Part shown: piece by piece, positions 50,071 through 62,900 of the stretch
Layout: each line of letters opens with the position of its first letter
Position numbering within the stretch: the stretch's first letter is position 1
From: Haliotis rubra
Taxonomy: Eukaryota
Length of the DNA stretch: 64,000 nt
Direction: 5' to 3'
Assembly: GCF_003918875.1 (NCBI RefSeq)
Contig: NW_025766956.1
Coordinates: forward strand, 310,001-374,000
Program-made: the position numbers and the translations under genes
Notes under the pieces: generated by a model
Databases searched by the model: none
Told to the model about the DNA's origin: nothing
Seen by the model: the letters and a program-made list of their open reading frames with translations, nothing else

Positions 50071-50314
50071 TTAGTGAGTAAGTTTAGTTTCATGCCGCAA
50101 TCAGCAATATTCCAGCTATATGTCGGCGGTCTGTAAATAATCGAGTCTGGACCAGACAATCCAGTGATCAACAGCATGAGCATCGATCTGCGCAATTGGG
50201 AACCGATGACATGTGTCAACCAAGTCAGCGAGCCTGACCACCCGATCCCGTTAGTTGCCTTTTACAAGCTTGGGTTAATGAAGATCAATATTCTAACCCG
50301 GACCTTCACGGGTC
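50071..50314 (-). mobile_element. SINE-like retroposon (family B), best-preserved copy
   Basis: 13-bp TSD TCAACTGATAGAG at 50058-50070 and 50315-50327; ACTC-type tail; degenerate relatives near 2735-2945, 8620-8785, 19670-19770 and 45590-45720. Confidence 0.9.
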
Positions 50315-51220
50315 TCAACTGATAGAGAGAAAGATAGGGTATCTTTTGATATATCCACTTTTGCCCATTATTTCTCAATCCTTTTGAACTCCCTTTTGGA
50401 AAAATGCACTGATCGTGACCGCCGGCTTCAGCTATGACGCCGTTTGTGGTGTGACGTCATTCCGTCATTAATAGAATGACGTAAACAATGCCTTGAGGAT
50501 GACGTGTGTGTATAGTGAATAGTTCATGTGTCTGGTAAGCAGAAGATTACAAAAAGGTAAAATGCCATCAAAAACAAATAAGAAAACACATGTCTGAAAT
50601 ATTTGGTTTATGCTCAAATAACTTAATTAAATAAGTCATCATTAAGCTGCTAATGTGATGGTATTTATAGCAGGCCATAATCTTGCATGATTTTAAAGTG
50701 TATTATAACTTATAACTATGACTTAAGTCAGAGAGAGTGATATATTTACAAAAAAAAACAATGAAAGTTCACTTGCCAGTCGGGCCAGTATGTAAGGAGA
50801 TTCACTGGCCCGACTGAATTTTTACTAGCCACGGACTAGTGGACTAGTGGTTATTTCGCACACTGTGTGAGATCAAACGACATCTCCTAGGAGATGTAGT
50901 TTTGACAGTAGATTTTCTACAATGCCCCGACATCATCAGTTACATGACTCACAATCCTATGACGTCTAACACCTGATGACATCACAATGCCATGACATCG
51001 CTGCACTACAAGTCTAATGGCAGCAACGTGTTCAGAGAAGCGCACTTATTATTGAAAACTAATGAAGAGTGACTTTTTATGATAAATAGAATCTCACCCA
51101 GGTGTCTTTTGATATCAAATATATCACCACGAGTTTATAAAGTTACAAATATCCGAGGTTTGTCAAGTGACGTCAAACATTATGACGTTGTTCACGTCAC
51201 AAGATGACAGATACATCATA

Positions 51221-52733
51221 TACTCTCCCAAAAAGAAACGCATATGGGAATTTCAACTGTATTTTTATGCTTATTTTGAAACATCTTGTAGGCTTTATGA
51301 GTCAATGAAATATAGCGAAATTGCACACTGGGAATGCATACTTATCCGTCTTTGGCACCAACTCGAGGAAAGTCAGTTTGAGTGTCACATGGAGACGTGT
51401 GGTGGCGCTTAAGTCAATACCTCGTGTGACCACCGTGGGCATCCAGAACTGCACGCCATCGCCTCGGCATCGAACGAATAAGTCTAAGAATCTCGTGTTG
51501 CCCAATCGCAGCCCACTCTGCCTGTAGTGCCTGTGCGAGTTGCTGAAGTGTCTGGGGCTGAGGGTTACGGCGTCGCACCCGTCTGTCCAGGGCATCCCAC
51601 AGATGTTCGATCGGGTTTAAGTCCGGTGATCTTGAGGGCCAGGGGAGCACTTTGATGTTGTGGTTCTGGAGGAAGTCTTTAGTGTGACGTGCTGTGTGTC
51701 CTGTTGAAACAACTCCCTCTGGCGATCAATGATTGGAAGGAGGTGTGGGCGTAGGATTTCGTCACAGTACCGTTGAGCTGTCAGGTTGCCCTGGATCATC
51801 ACCAAATCACTTCTCCTACAGCAGGTGATCGCTCCCCACATCATAACACCGCCCCGGCCGAATCTGTCCACCTGGGGAACGCAAGCGTCGGCGAAACGTT
51901 CACGTCGACGTCTGTACATCCGCATTCTTCCATCGCGTTGTTCCAATAGAAATCGTGAATCATCAGTGAACCAGATTCTACGCCAATTCGGTAGGTTCCA
52001 GGCCTGAACGTTAAATTGGTGCACCATTGAACTCGATGTCGACGATGTTGTTGTCGAAGCACAGGGCCAAAATAAGGTCTTCTGGCACGTAAACCAGCCT
52101 CTCTCAACCTGTTCCTGACGGTCTGTGCAGAAAGCCTCCTCAATGCCGGTATTTGTCGAGCGGTACTGGTCGCCGTAGCTGTTCGATGACGCAGGTGATG
52201 TACCCGGATGTAGCGATCCTGCGCCGCAGTGGTCGCTCGAGGTCGCCCACTACGAGGGGCATCTGCTACCGCATTCTGCCGGCGATCTCTCTCCCAGAGG
52301 CGTGAAATGGTGCTTTGGTGAACATTCATGCGTCGGGAAACTGCACGTTGAGACTTCAAGCAAACCAATGGCGATATGACGGTTGGCTTCACTTAGACGT
52401 GGCATTTTTGCGTTCGTCAACAATATTCCAAATACAGTGAATAATCGACAGACAGCGATCAACCTTTTATACCCATCATTGAGACTATCTGATCCCCAAC
52501 TTTCACGTGCATTGCATGTGAATTGTGTATTCTGTGACACTACACGCCGAAATTGAAAATCATGCTGTTAAATACGGGTATTTTACGGATGGTGCGTTTT
52601 GTTGTGATGTTTCAAAACAGAAACACCATAGGACTCATAAACAGAGCAAAACCTTTTGTAAAATGAATCACGTTTTAATTCATTGCTACATGAAATTGCT
52701 ATTTTCATGATGCGTTTCTTTTTTGGGAGAGTA
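51221..52733 (-). mobile_element. Tc1-family DNA transposon with a frameshifted transposase
   Basis: TIRs TACTCTCCCAAAAAGAAACGCAT / ATGCGTTTCTTTTTTGGGAGAGTA in TA context; transposase fragments inside. Confidence 0.95.
51414..52405 (-). pseudogene. Tc1 DDE transposase pseudogene
   Basis: MPRLSEANR.IAIGLL, RSGRPRATT, VRNRLREAGL, WFTDDSRF, VMMWGAI, FQQD, WPSRSPDLNPIEHLW and GGHTRY spread over four ORF pieces (at least three frameshifts). Confidence 0.92.
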
Positions 52734-53127
52734 TGTTTTACTACATGAAATATTGTGTATATTATGGGCTTTCAATTTTGTTTAATCAAATTTAAAACAA
52801 TATTACTCTGAGAAAATTCGATTAACAATATCCAAATTTCCCCAACTGAAAACTCAAAACCGTTCAGGCACTCTGTATTCGAAAATATAATATAAATCGA
52901 AACATTACATAACAATCAGTTGCTGTCTTCATATTTATTGTCATTATCTGCATAAGTAAGCGCTGATGTCAATATCCATCAAAAGACCCTTTTGGTCTTG
53001 GCATAGCCGAGAGCAGCGATGCGGTCCTATACAGTCAAGACATGACTCTGCGCTGTTTGTCACAAACTGGCATCAATATATGCAAAACAGGAAATGAGGC
53101 ATCAAACCTGGTGAGCGGCAGATTTAA

Positions 53128-53156
53128 CCAGAGACCATATAATAGATGGTCTCTGG
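53128..53156. repeat. 29-bp palindromic mini-insertion
   Basis: CCAGAGACCAT-ataatag-ATGGTCTCTGG with TTTAA on both sides. Confidence 0.6.
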
Positions 53157-53974
53157 TTTAACTTACAAGAACTATTTTCCCCAAAGGGTTTAATTGCCAA
53201 TGTCTGCACATGAAAAATCGAATTCAAAGCGGACCCACTAAAACCAAACGTCTTGTACATATATTTATAATGGCATTCTGATTGTTTGATGCGACCATTC
53301 CGACAAATGTTCCAATTCCACGTATGAATGTTTTACCTACTCTCGCCCCAGAAAACCGTCTTCCTCTCACTATGAATAATTGTTACTGTAAACTATTTAA
53401 CAAATGTCATACATTTCGGTGTTATGTAAAACTAAGAACATAACAAAGGCTTTAAGTACTGGTAGACAAAGTACGACATGTTCTAAACAAGTGTTTAAAA
53501 ATGGAAACCACGTATTTTCTATTCAAGCACTCCCATGGACTCATTGCACAAACACCGGTAACCGAATGCCTGAAGTTGTTGCATACACTGTCAAGAGTTT
53601 GCAGTCTGAGCGGAGTTCTATGAGGGAAAATGTAAAATAGCAACTGCATAACGGAAACATAATATTTAACAGCAATCTAGCCATTTCGATATTTTCAAAA
53701 CAGTATGTATGCAAGAAACATAATTTAAACAAAACATGTTATCCTGAATTATTTATTATTTTATGTAATGGTATTGGAGAAAACTTAATTCCATATAACT
53801 CCATGGATATAGTTCCATATGTCTTTGAAATCCAACTTTTAACAACACACTTGCCGGTGTACCGCAAGCATTGTTCCGACCGCACTGGCTTCATTCGCGA
53901 ATTTGGTGAAGTTCGGATACACGTTTTGTTGTCAGTCCAAAGTTATACTGCGATCCCTCTCATCGGTCAACAGA

Positions 53975-56900
53975 ATGCCCCCAAAGTCAAAGAAAAAGGT
54001 AAGTAATAACGCATTTTAGTTTCTGAATGACAGATTTGCTTCTTCCTTTTCATGTGCGGTTACCCGGTTAGTTCTTGTTTACCGTAATACATGAAATAAC
54101 TCGTCACGGCGGGAACAATGCCTTTGTCAATAATATTGTTCTGTGCTTTCGTGCTTTTATAGACCCTGACCAATATATAATCTGCAATTGTCTCTGTAGC
54201 TATTTGTTGTTGCTTTTTTGTGTGTGTTTTCAACTAGTTATAGATTAAGTGATAACTGACATAACTTTGAAGGAATGGAAGCGAAGGGAAAGTACTGAGT
54301 ACGGTCATTACATTATATTGACATTAAAAAGAAGTCCCGAAGTCCTCGTCCTATAAAGCGTTTTGTTTCAGATAACAAATTGCAATATGACATTTTCACG
54401 ATGTTTTTAACTTTCGATCCTGGATCATCGAGATAGTGCATTCTTTAATATCATAACTGAAGTAAAAAATGAAAACTTTGGGACTGATTAGATATTGGAC
54501 AGTGTCAAAGATAATGAGCATTGATGACCTGATCAGCTGGTAACATTGATGTGTTTTAACAGTGTATTTAATTTATGTTATATTTTTACGAGCATGTGGA
54601 TATTCTGATATATAGCTTCACATTTATGGTATACTTCAGTTCTTGTTCATGTGAGGTTTGTTAACAGGCTGCCAAGGAAGTGGTTGACGCTGATGCTGCT
54701 GCAGCTGAGGTAAGTTGTAGTAAACAGAAACTGGTAATAGATATTTGTTCTTTAATACCTCGTAGAAAAATAGACTTACATAGGGAAACTGGTTTAATTG
54801 AGCTAGTTACTTTTAATCATGATATGGCTAGCCAGCCCACATGGCCAGCAACATTTTGAGACCATTTCTTACATGGTATTGGGATATCATATATGTTATG
54901 CCAGATGGAGTAGGTTGGGATAAGTCAGTAGTAGAACAGTAGAACAGTTCTTTTCACAAAATGTTTATCACTAAAACATGTTGCAAACTGCATTAGAAAC
55001 TGAGATGATCCCATTGGTGCAGACAGAGTAAAACAATTACCATCAGTTCTATGACACTTCAAGGGGATCAAACTCCAACCACAGGTCTTCAGACAGACTC
55101 TCTATAGACAAGACTGGCGGTCTCTGCCACTAGAGTTACTATGCATGTTCACAGGATTATGTCAGGGCATTTATTACGGTATGTGTTCCTCTTTCATCAG
55201 GAGACCGCCTCCACGGTGTAGTGGTTAGAGCGTCCGCCCAGAGAGCGGAAGGTCGTGGGTTCGATCCCCGACTGCGTCATACCAAAAGACGTTAAAATAT
55301 GGTACTTGTTGGTCCCTGCCTGGCGCTCGGCATTAATGGGTACAACAAGGACTGGTCGGCTCGAAGTCAGTATGTGTCTGAGTGGGATATTCATGCTTCA
55401 CTGCGGCATGGTATCTCAGTGGGCTAGCACTATAAAACCAGCTTAAGTCTGGGCTAGTACAAGCAGTCACACATACACACACACACACGCATGCATCGTC
55501 ATATGAGCGTCTCAAGCACGACGTTAAATCTAATTTCACCTCACCTCTATCATCAGGAGCCTCCAGTAAAGAAGACAAAGAAAGGGAAGAAGGATGAGGC
55601 CGATGAGGTAAAAGTTCTCATCGATACAAGAAATAATCTATGACATACTAGTATCTATTTTATGAATCATACTGTGCCTAATGTGAGTTTATATGTTGAT
55701 CAGTTTTCATTTGTTTGTTGTAATGTAATCAAGTAGGGAAATAGAAAAGAAAAAATGTAAATGTGAATTAATAACAGCTTATATGCAATGTAAGGTCCTG
55801 TAAAATACCTAAAAGGTATATACAGGGATTTATTCATTATTTCAAACTAAGTGCCCTGGCAATGTTTGGACTAATTGGAGGAAAACTTTGAATGATGTTA
55901 TTCAAAACTTTAGTGTTTGTGAGAATGCAGAGATACTGTGACATTACTTCCTCATGCTCACTGAAACTGTAAAATTAAGTGTAATATTATTTTATGTCCC
56001 ATTTCTCTTTATCATGTCTACTGGATTTATCAATTGAATATATGCAAACTAAACTGGTTTCCTTTACAATAACTTAAATTTTCCCACCATTTGCGAGAAT
56101 GCTAGTTAAGATGATGTTTGTGCCTATAACTAGTATAAGGTTCAGTGTTGTTATTGTCAGGGTGAGGAGGCCACGCCCAAGAAGGGAAAAGGGAAGAAGA
56201 AGGACGAGGAGAATGGAGATGGAGACAAGAAAAAGGTGGTAATTCCGACCATGACCTTGGATGAGCAGGACTTCTCCTGCAGTGCAAAGACCAAAGATGG
56301 ACTTGACTGGAACTTGAAGATATCCTCCTGGAATATCAACGGAATCAGGGCATGGCTTGGGGTAGGTAGCAGGGTTACAAATTGCCACTTCTAAATGCTG
56401 TTCAAAGACTTTACTACATGTACATATGTTTATTGGTTGATATCATAAGGTGATACTTGTGCATCTTTCAATCTCATCTGGTTCAATGACAAACATAATA
56501 TGGTAAAGTTATTGTTATAACAAATTTTGTCAACAGTATTTGATTCTGTTTTTCCCAGAAAGAGGGTACTGCGTATATCGAGAAGGAGGCCCCAGATGTT
56601 TTCTGTGTGCAAGAGACAAAGTGCAGCTTGGAGAAGATGCCTGATACAGTGAATGTCGATGGTTACCATGCCTACTGGTCATCAGGGGATACCGAGGGCT
56701 ATGCTGGGACAGGCATGTATTGCAAGACGAAGCCTATTGAAGTCACATATGGAATTGGTGAGTGAGGGGTTGTCTCCCTTTGTCTGTTGGTTTGCGATAT
56801 GTGCCATCTCTGTGACAGATCATGTAGACATGTATTACACCTTTATGAAACAAATAATATGTTTATTATGCTAAAAGGTGAGAATTTATGGATGTCAACT

Positions 56901-59900
56901 TATTTATTTTGAGGAACATGATATTTCAGTATATTCAGACTTCGCAGTTTCAGAGTATATTCTTACTATTTCATCACCTAATTAAGAATATACGCCGAAA
57001 CATTGAAATTCTCACCTTTTATGTACATAACCTCTTAGTGTCAATCAAACATCATGTTTACTTAGATAAAATATTGTAGAAATATAAGGACGACATCATC
57101 CTTTCATATGCTATGAATCCTGTTATCCAAACGCATCCGGACCATGTTGTAACTTTGATACATTTGACAGTTTAGGTGGCTAGGATGAACATACAGACAG
57201 ATCAAGTAATAGCATTATAGATATGTAGAAGGCCCGAAAAGGGGTAACCTTGTGGTTTAAGCGTTCGCTCGTCACGCCGAAGACCCAGGTTTGATTCCCC
57301 ACATGGGTACAATGCATGAAGCCCATTTCTGGTGTCCCCCGTCGTGATATTGATGGAATATTGCTAAAGCGACGTAAAACTAAACTCGCACACCAGATAC
57401 ATAGAAATGCATTTGCACACTCAAGAAATTGAGAACCCAAGTCTGCTATGACAACTGTAGAAAAGTTTCAAAAGGTATTCCGTGTTACAGTCAAGCCTGA
57501 GATGTATTTAGAAACCTTCAAGTAGAACCCATTCTTGGTCAGCCTGTAGACAATCACTTTGGATGGCATTGTCACATTGGTACCTATATCACTTTTTAGT
57601 ATTGTTTTAAAGAACCGACCCTACATGTTTAACAAGAGAGGAAGGTTTAGGGTATGAAGTACAATTCATATTAACAAAATATGACCAGAGGTTCTCTTTG
57701 TTTAAGTAATATATTATCATTGATTACACATTTGTATGTCCTCATGACTTATTGAATGTTGATAAAGAAGGTGCCCTTAAATGACTGTGAGAAATGAGTA
57801 GAGTCATTGAAAAGAAGTTTCAGTTCTGTACAGCAGTACAATTTGTGAAGCCCTTTTTCATGGTTTTGGTTTAAACATATTTGCTTTTGTTTCAGCATCA
57901 TCATATTATATACTAGTACTAAGTATAGGAGGGAAGTGTTTGTTTTCTCTTGCTTAACATGTTGCGTAACAAGGTTTCACCATAATTTTGGGTTGTTTCC
58001 ATTGTTCTTTCTTTTTAATCCAGATTAGATATATGTGTATTTTCAGCTTTTGTAAATGCTGATGTTACTTTGTTTCTAAAGTATCTACATTTCTATCTAA
58101 ATTTTGATGTTTTACTTATACATGTTGGTGCTTTTGCTGCAAAATTAAGTTTCATATGTCACTATCTCTTGACCTTATTGTTACAATTTTATGCCATTTG
58201 TATGTTGGTATTGCAGGAATATTGAGCGGAGTAAAACCCAAGCCCCCTCACTGTCTTTGTTTGGCCATGTTAATGAAAAGGTGGTTGCAACATGCCTCAC
58301 ATTGTCAGCATGTTCCCCTCTCACATTTGAATTTTACCCTCACCTTTGAATTGATCTTCCATAACCCATGCTTGTTGGTGACTAACAGGATCGGGTGGTC
58401 AGGCTCGCTGACTTGGTTGACACATGTCATCTTTTCCCAGTTGCATAGATCGATGCTCATGCTGTTGATCACTGGATTGTCTGGTCCAAACTTGATTTAC
58501 AGACTGCCGCCATGTAGCTGGAATATTGATGAGTGCAGTGTTGAACTAAACTCACTCACCAGTTGTTGTTGACCCTTGCAGGTGAGAGCAAACACGACAA
58601 GGAGGGACGGGTCATCACAGCCGAGTTTGAAAAGTTCTACATGGTCACAGCATGTGAGTGTTGTGTGATGGTTTGGTTTAATGGGTGATTGTTTGATTGG
58701 GGTGACATAGAGCTAGGTGAGGCAGGGTTTTATGGGACGCAAGATTCCTGCGTATTGGATGTAGAATTTTGGTAAAGTACCCCCAAACTAAAAATCCCAA
58801 TGCGTCCTTGTGGGACTTAATATAATTTGTTTCTGGAAAGAACTTTCTGAGTTTGTAATGATATGCCATATTAAAATATAAACATTCTATTTACAATCAT
58901 TATTCTAATGGCGTTGAAAGTAACACACATCTTAACATAATCATTATCAAATGGGAAGCATTCATTATCATGGATTTAATGCAAATTGATCGACCCCCAC
59001 TTTTAGAAATGGACTCTCAAACAAATATGCCCTGAGTCCCCAGGACTCCCAGTTTGAAGAGCTATGTAAAACCGTGGTGATGGAATGACAGTAGTGACTG
59101 TGTCATGTGAAAATATGAGAGAGGAGGGTGTCCTAGGTTAAGAGGGTACCTTGGTGGGTCTATCATTTTATGGGTGACATTGCTTTTGATAGAGGAGGGT
59201 GTGACACCTGTTATTGGAGCAGTGGCATGTGGACGAGAGGATGTGTATTGGTGATTGGTTGAGAGTGGGTTATCATGGTTATTAAAGAGTCTCGGTGGAG
59301 GGATGTGGATGTAGATGTTAGGGAGAGATGTGGATGTCAAGGGAGGGTGTGGTAGAGTGTATGTGGGTGTGGCACTGGATTTTGTAGCTGCATCTTCTGA
59401 ATGTCAGGGTTGGGTAGCCATGTCATGTGGATGAGATGGGGTGGTCAGGTGTTGGTTTGAGGGAATTGTTGACCAAGTCTTTGTAGCAGTGTTATGTTGA
59501 TAAGAAGGGGTGAAGGAAGGGTGCGTATAGGTATGTAGTGGTGACACTCTACCTAGGATAAACCTTTGAAACTATTTTCATTGTGCTTGTGATGCAAACA
59601 TGATTCCATGCTGCAAACAGTAAAATAATATATGGGTCATTTTCAAAATTGGTAGGATTTTCTGTCCGTTCCAAATAAAAAAAAACCTCTGTTAACTTAA
59701 AAGTTTTCATTGTGCTAGAAAACATATTTAGATGTTTACTAGTCAGTAAATGTGATATATCATTAGTCTTGTCATTTTGAAATTTATATTTAGCCACATT
59801 TTAGGGTCAAAATTGGCAGGTTTGCTCTGTCCGAGGTGGCGGCCCTAATATCAATGTTCACAAATAATGTAAATATAAATGCAAATAAACAAAACTAATT

Positions 59901-62900
59901 CATATTATGCCAATTAGACTTGATCAAGCATACTCAAACTGCATTTAATTTTGTTTTAACTTAAAAAGTTTTTTCTACAAATTGTAACATGCTTGTCCGG
60001 TGTTTTTGTGTCCTGACCGTTACCAGTGTATGAAATTCCTGCAATAACTTCCCCTGGAGCTGAATTGTAATACTACTTCCTGTGTCTGTTTGAGCTAGCC
60101 CTGTGCATGTGACAGCAGATGAAATAATGAAATTCAACACATTTTGCTGAAAATTGACACCATCAAATAAGTATAAATGTTATGTGTCAACCTTAATTGT
60201 CCAGACCGTTACCAATGTATTTTGTGTTAAATATATCTCTTTGTTTTTAAATTTCAATGGATATGTTGCCCAGAAATGGAAAAGGTGGAAGGCATGTCCT
60301 TTGAAATCTTATAGGATCATTCATTTTTTATCCCCACAACGCGTTTTGCGGGGTATTAAAATGGACTCCGATCGATCCGTCCGATCGATCCGTCCGTCCG
60401 TCCGTCCGTGCACATTTGTCTTTTCCGGAGCAGAACTCTAAAACCGTTCAATATTTCTTCACCAAACTTGGCACATACATGGATCTGGTGGTGTTGTGGT
60501 GCCTTTGGTAGTTTTGGAATTCTGAATCAAATATTTTTGGCGTTTCCATGGCACAAGTTCGATTTAGACTGAAATTGGTGGTAGCTCTATTCGAGCAGAA
60601 CTCTAAAACCGTTCAATATGTCTTCACCAAACTTGGCACATAGATAGATCTGGTGGTGTAGTGGTGCCTTTTGGTAGTTTTGGAATTCTGAATCAAATAT
60701 TTTGGGCGTTTCCATGGCACAAGTTCGACTTAGCCTGAAATTGGTGGTAGTGCTCTTTTCCGGAGCAGAACTGTAAAACCGTTCAATATGTCGTCGCCAA
60801 ACATGGCACATAGATTGATCTGGTGGTGTAGTGGTGCCTTTTGGTAGTTTTGGAATTCTGAATCAAATATTTTTGGCGTTTCCATGGCACAAGTTCGACT
60901 TAGACTGAAATTGGTGGTAGTGCTCTTTTCCGGAGCAGAACTCTAAAACCGTTCAATATGTCGTCACCAAACATGGCACATAGATTGATCTGGTGGTGTA
61001 CTGGTGCCTTTGGTAGTTTTGGAATTCTGAATCAAATATTTTTGGCGTTTCCATGGCAACAAGTTTGACTTAGACTGAAATTGGTGGTTGTGCTCTTTTC
61101 CGAAGCAGAACTCTAACACCATTCAATATTTCTTCACCAAACTTGGCACATAGATAGATCTGGTGGTGTACTGGTGCCTTTTTGGTAGTTTTGGAATTCT
61201 GAATAAAATATTTTTGGCATTTCCATGGCAACAAGTTTGACTTACACTGAAATTGGTGATAGTGCTCCTTTCTGGAGCAGAACTTTTAAACCCTTTCAAT
61301 ACTCTCCTTCCACTTTTCTATGTACACACCTAAATATTTGACATAATCATAACTTCGTAGACATAATCATGAAGAGTATTTTGCCATTAAGTGGGGATAT
61401 TGATGACTTTGTCTTCTTGTTTATTTTAGATTTACTTACAAATTGTCTTGACGTTACTGTCCAAACCGTTACCATTCCATAAAGTAACGGTTTAGACAGT
61501 CCTTGTAATGGTCTGGACAAAATGATTTGTATTTCAAAAAGTTGTTCATTAATATTTGAAATATAACAAATTAATAATTACTTTTAGGGTTAAGATAAAT
61601 TTAAGCATGGAATTTTACTGTTCAAAAGAGTTTGATGTAGTAGCATTAAAAACACAGTCTCTAGTAGCGGTTTGGACAAATAATAGTAAGCGGTCTGGAC
61701 ATATCTTTAATAAATTTCTATTTTAAAGAATATGTTCCATGGTGTGATAATAATTTTCTGTTTACTTATATATCTGCTTTAAATAATAAAACCAAAACGA
61801 ATTTATCACGTTAAGTTTCTATTTTCTATAAGATCTATAGTCTTTATAAATTAAAGGTAAAGGTTAGGACATCTATGGTAACAGTTTGGACAAAATGTAG
61901 TAACGGTAAACAACTTTCAGTATTCCAACCTTTAAAGATTTTTGGGTGTAAACTGTTTTAACTTTAACTGTGAGATATGTAAGGCTACCATTTACTTTGA
62001 ATATTTGCTAGGTGCTAATATGTTGGCCAAACCTTTGTAGTTGATAAATATGTGTTACCATCTCACGATTAACAAAAACTAAAGGTATCCAGTGAATGAA
62101 AGAAGTATATTTCTTGGAGACTAATATTGCACCATAATATCAACAGCAAAATGATATCTATGCAGTGACCTGTATAGCATGACCATGTGTACAGTTTCAT
62201 AGTTGTTGCAGTATCTTTCAGAATTTAATCTTTTGCAACTTTTTAGAGGGATAACATTTGTTTGTTACACTGATGTCCTGACTGTTACCAATAATGTCAC
62301 AACCATTACTATTCATTCAATTTTCGTTCCCCAATTGCACTCTTCCTTAGATTGTAAGTGATTTTCAACCTAGACAGGTGTGTTTTTCTATTCTTTAGAA
62401 GCTACAGTTTGTTTTATTCAAAAGCCTAAATTCATTCACAAGTTTCATATTGATATAACAAATGTCCAAACCGTTACCACATCATGGAAGAAAACATGTC
62501 ACATTTGTTACAAGTTACAATTTCTAATACACATTTCACTGTCTGTCCAAAATATGGTTAGCAATTAAAGTAAATGATATCATTTTTTCCTTTCATGTTA
62601 CCTGTTTCTATGTTGAATTAAAATTTTTAAGGTTTATGTCCAGCCCGTTGCCATTTCCTGTCCAAACCGTTACCACTATTGTCCTAACCGTTACTGGTGT
62701 TAATTGACTGCTGTAATTAATTCATGATAATACATGAAACACTCCTCTTTATGCTGGTGTCATCAAAGATGTCCTGGGCTTAGTAGCTGATGTTTATTTT
62801 AGACAATTTTACCTGTTGAAAACTATATGCATAATAATAATGTTTTAGAAAAATGCAATTATTTTGTGGTAAATAAATGAAAGATACAAAATAACACTTT

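Noticed and set aside
55204-55280. tRNA gene
   Set aside because: The tRNA-like head runs into a SINE body and tail flanked by a TSD; the same applies to 57241-57310
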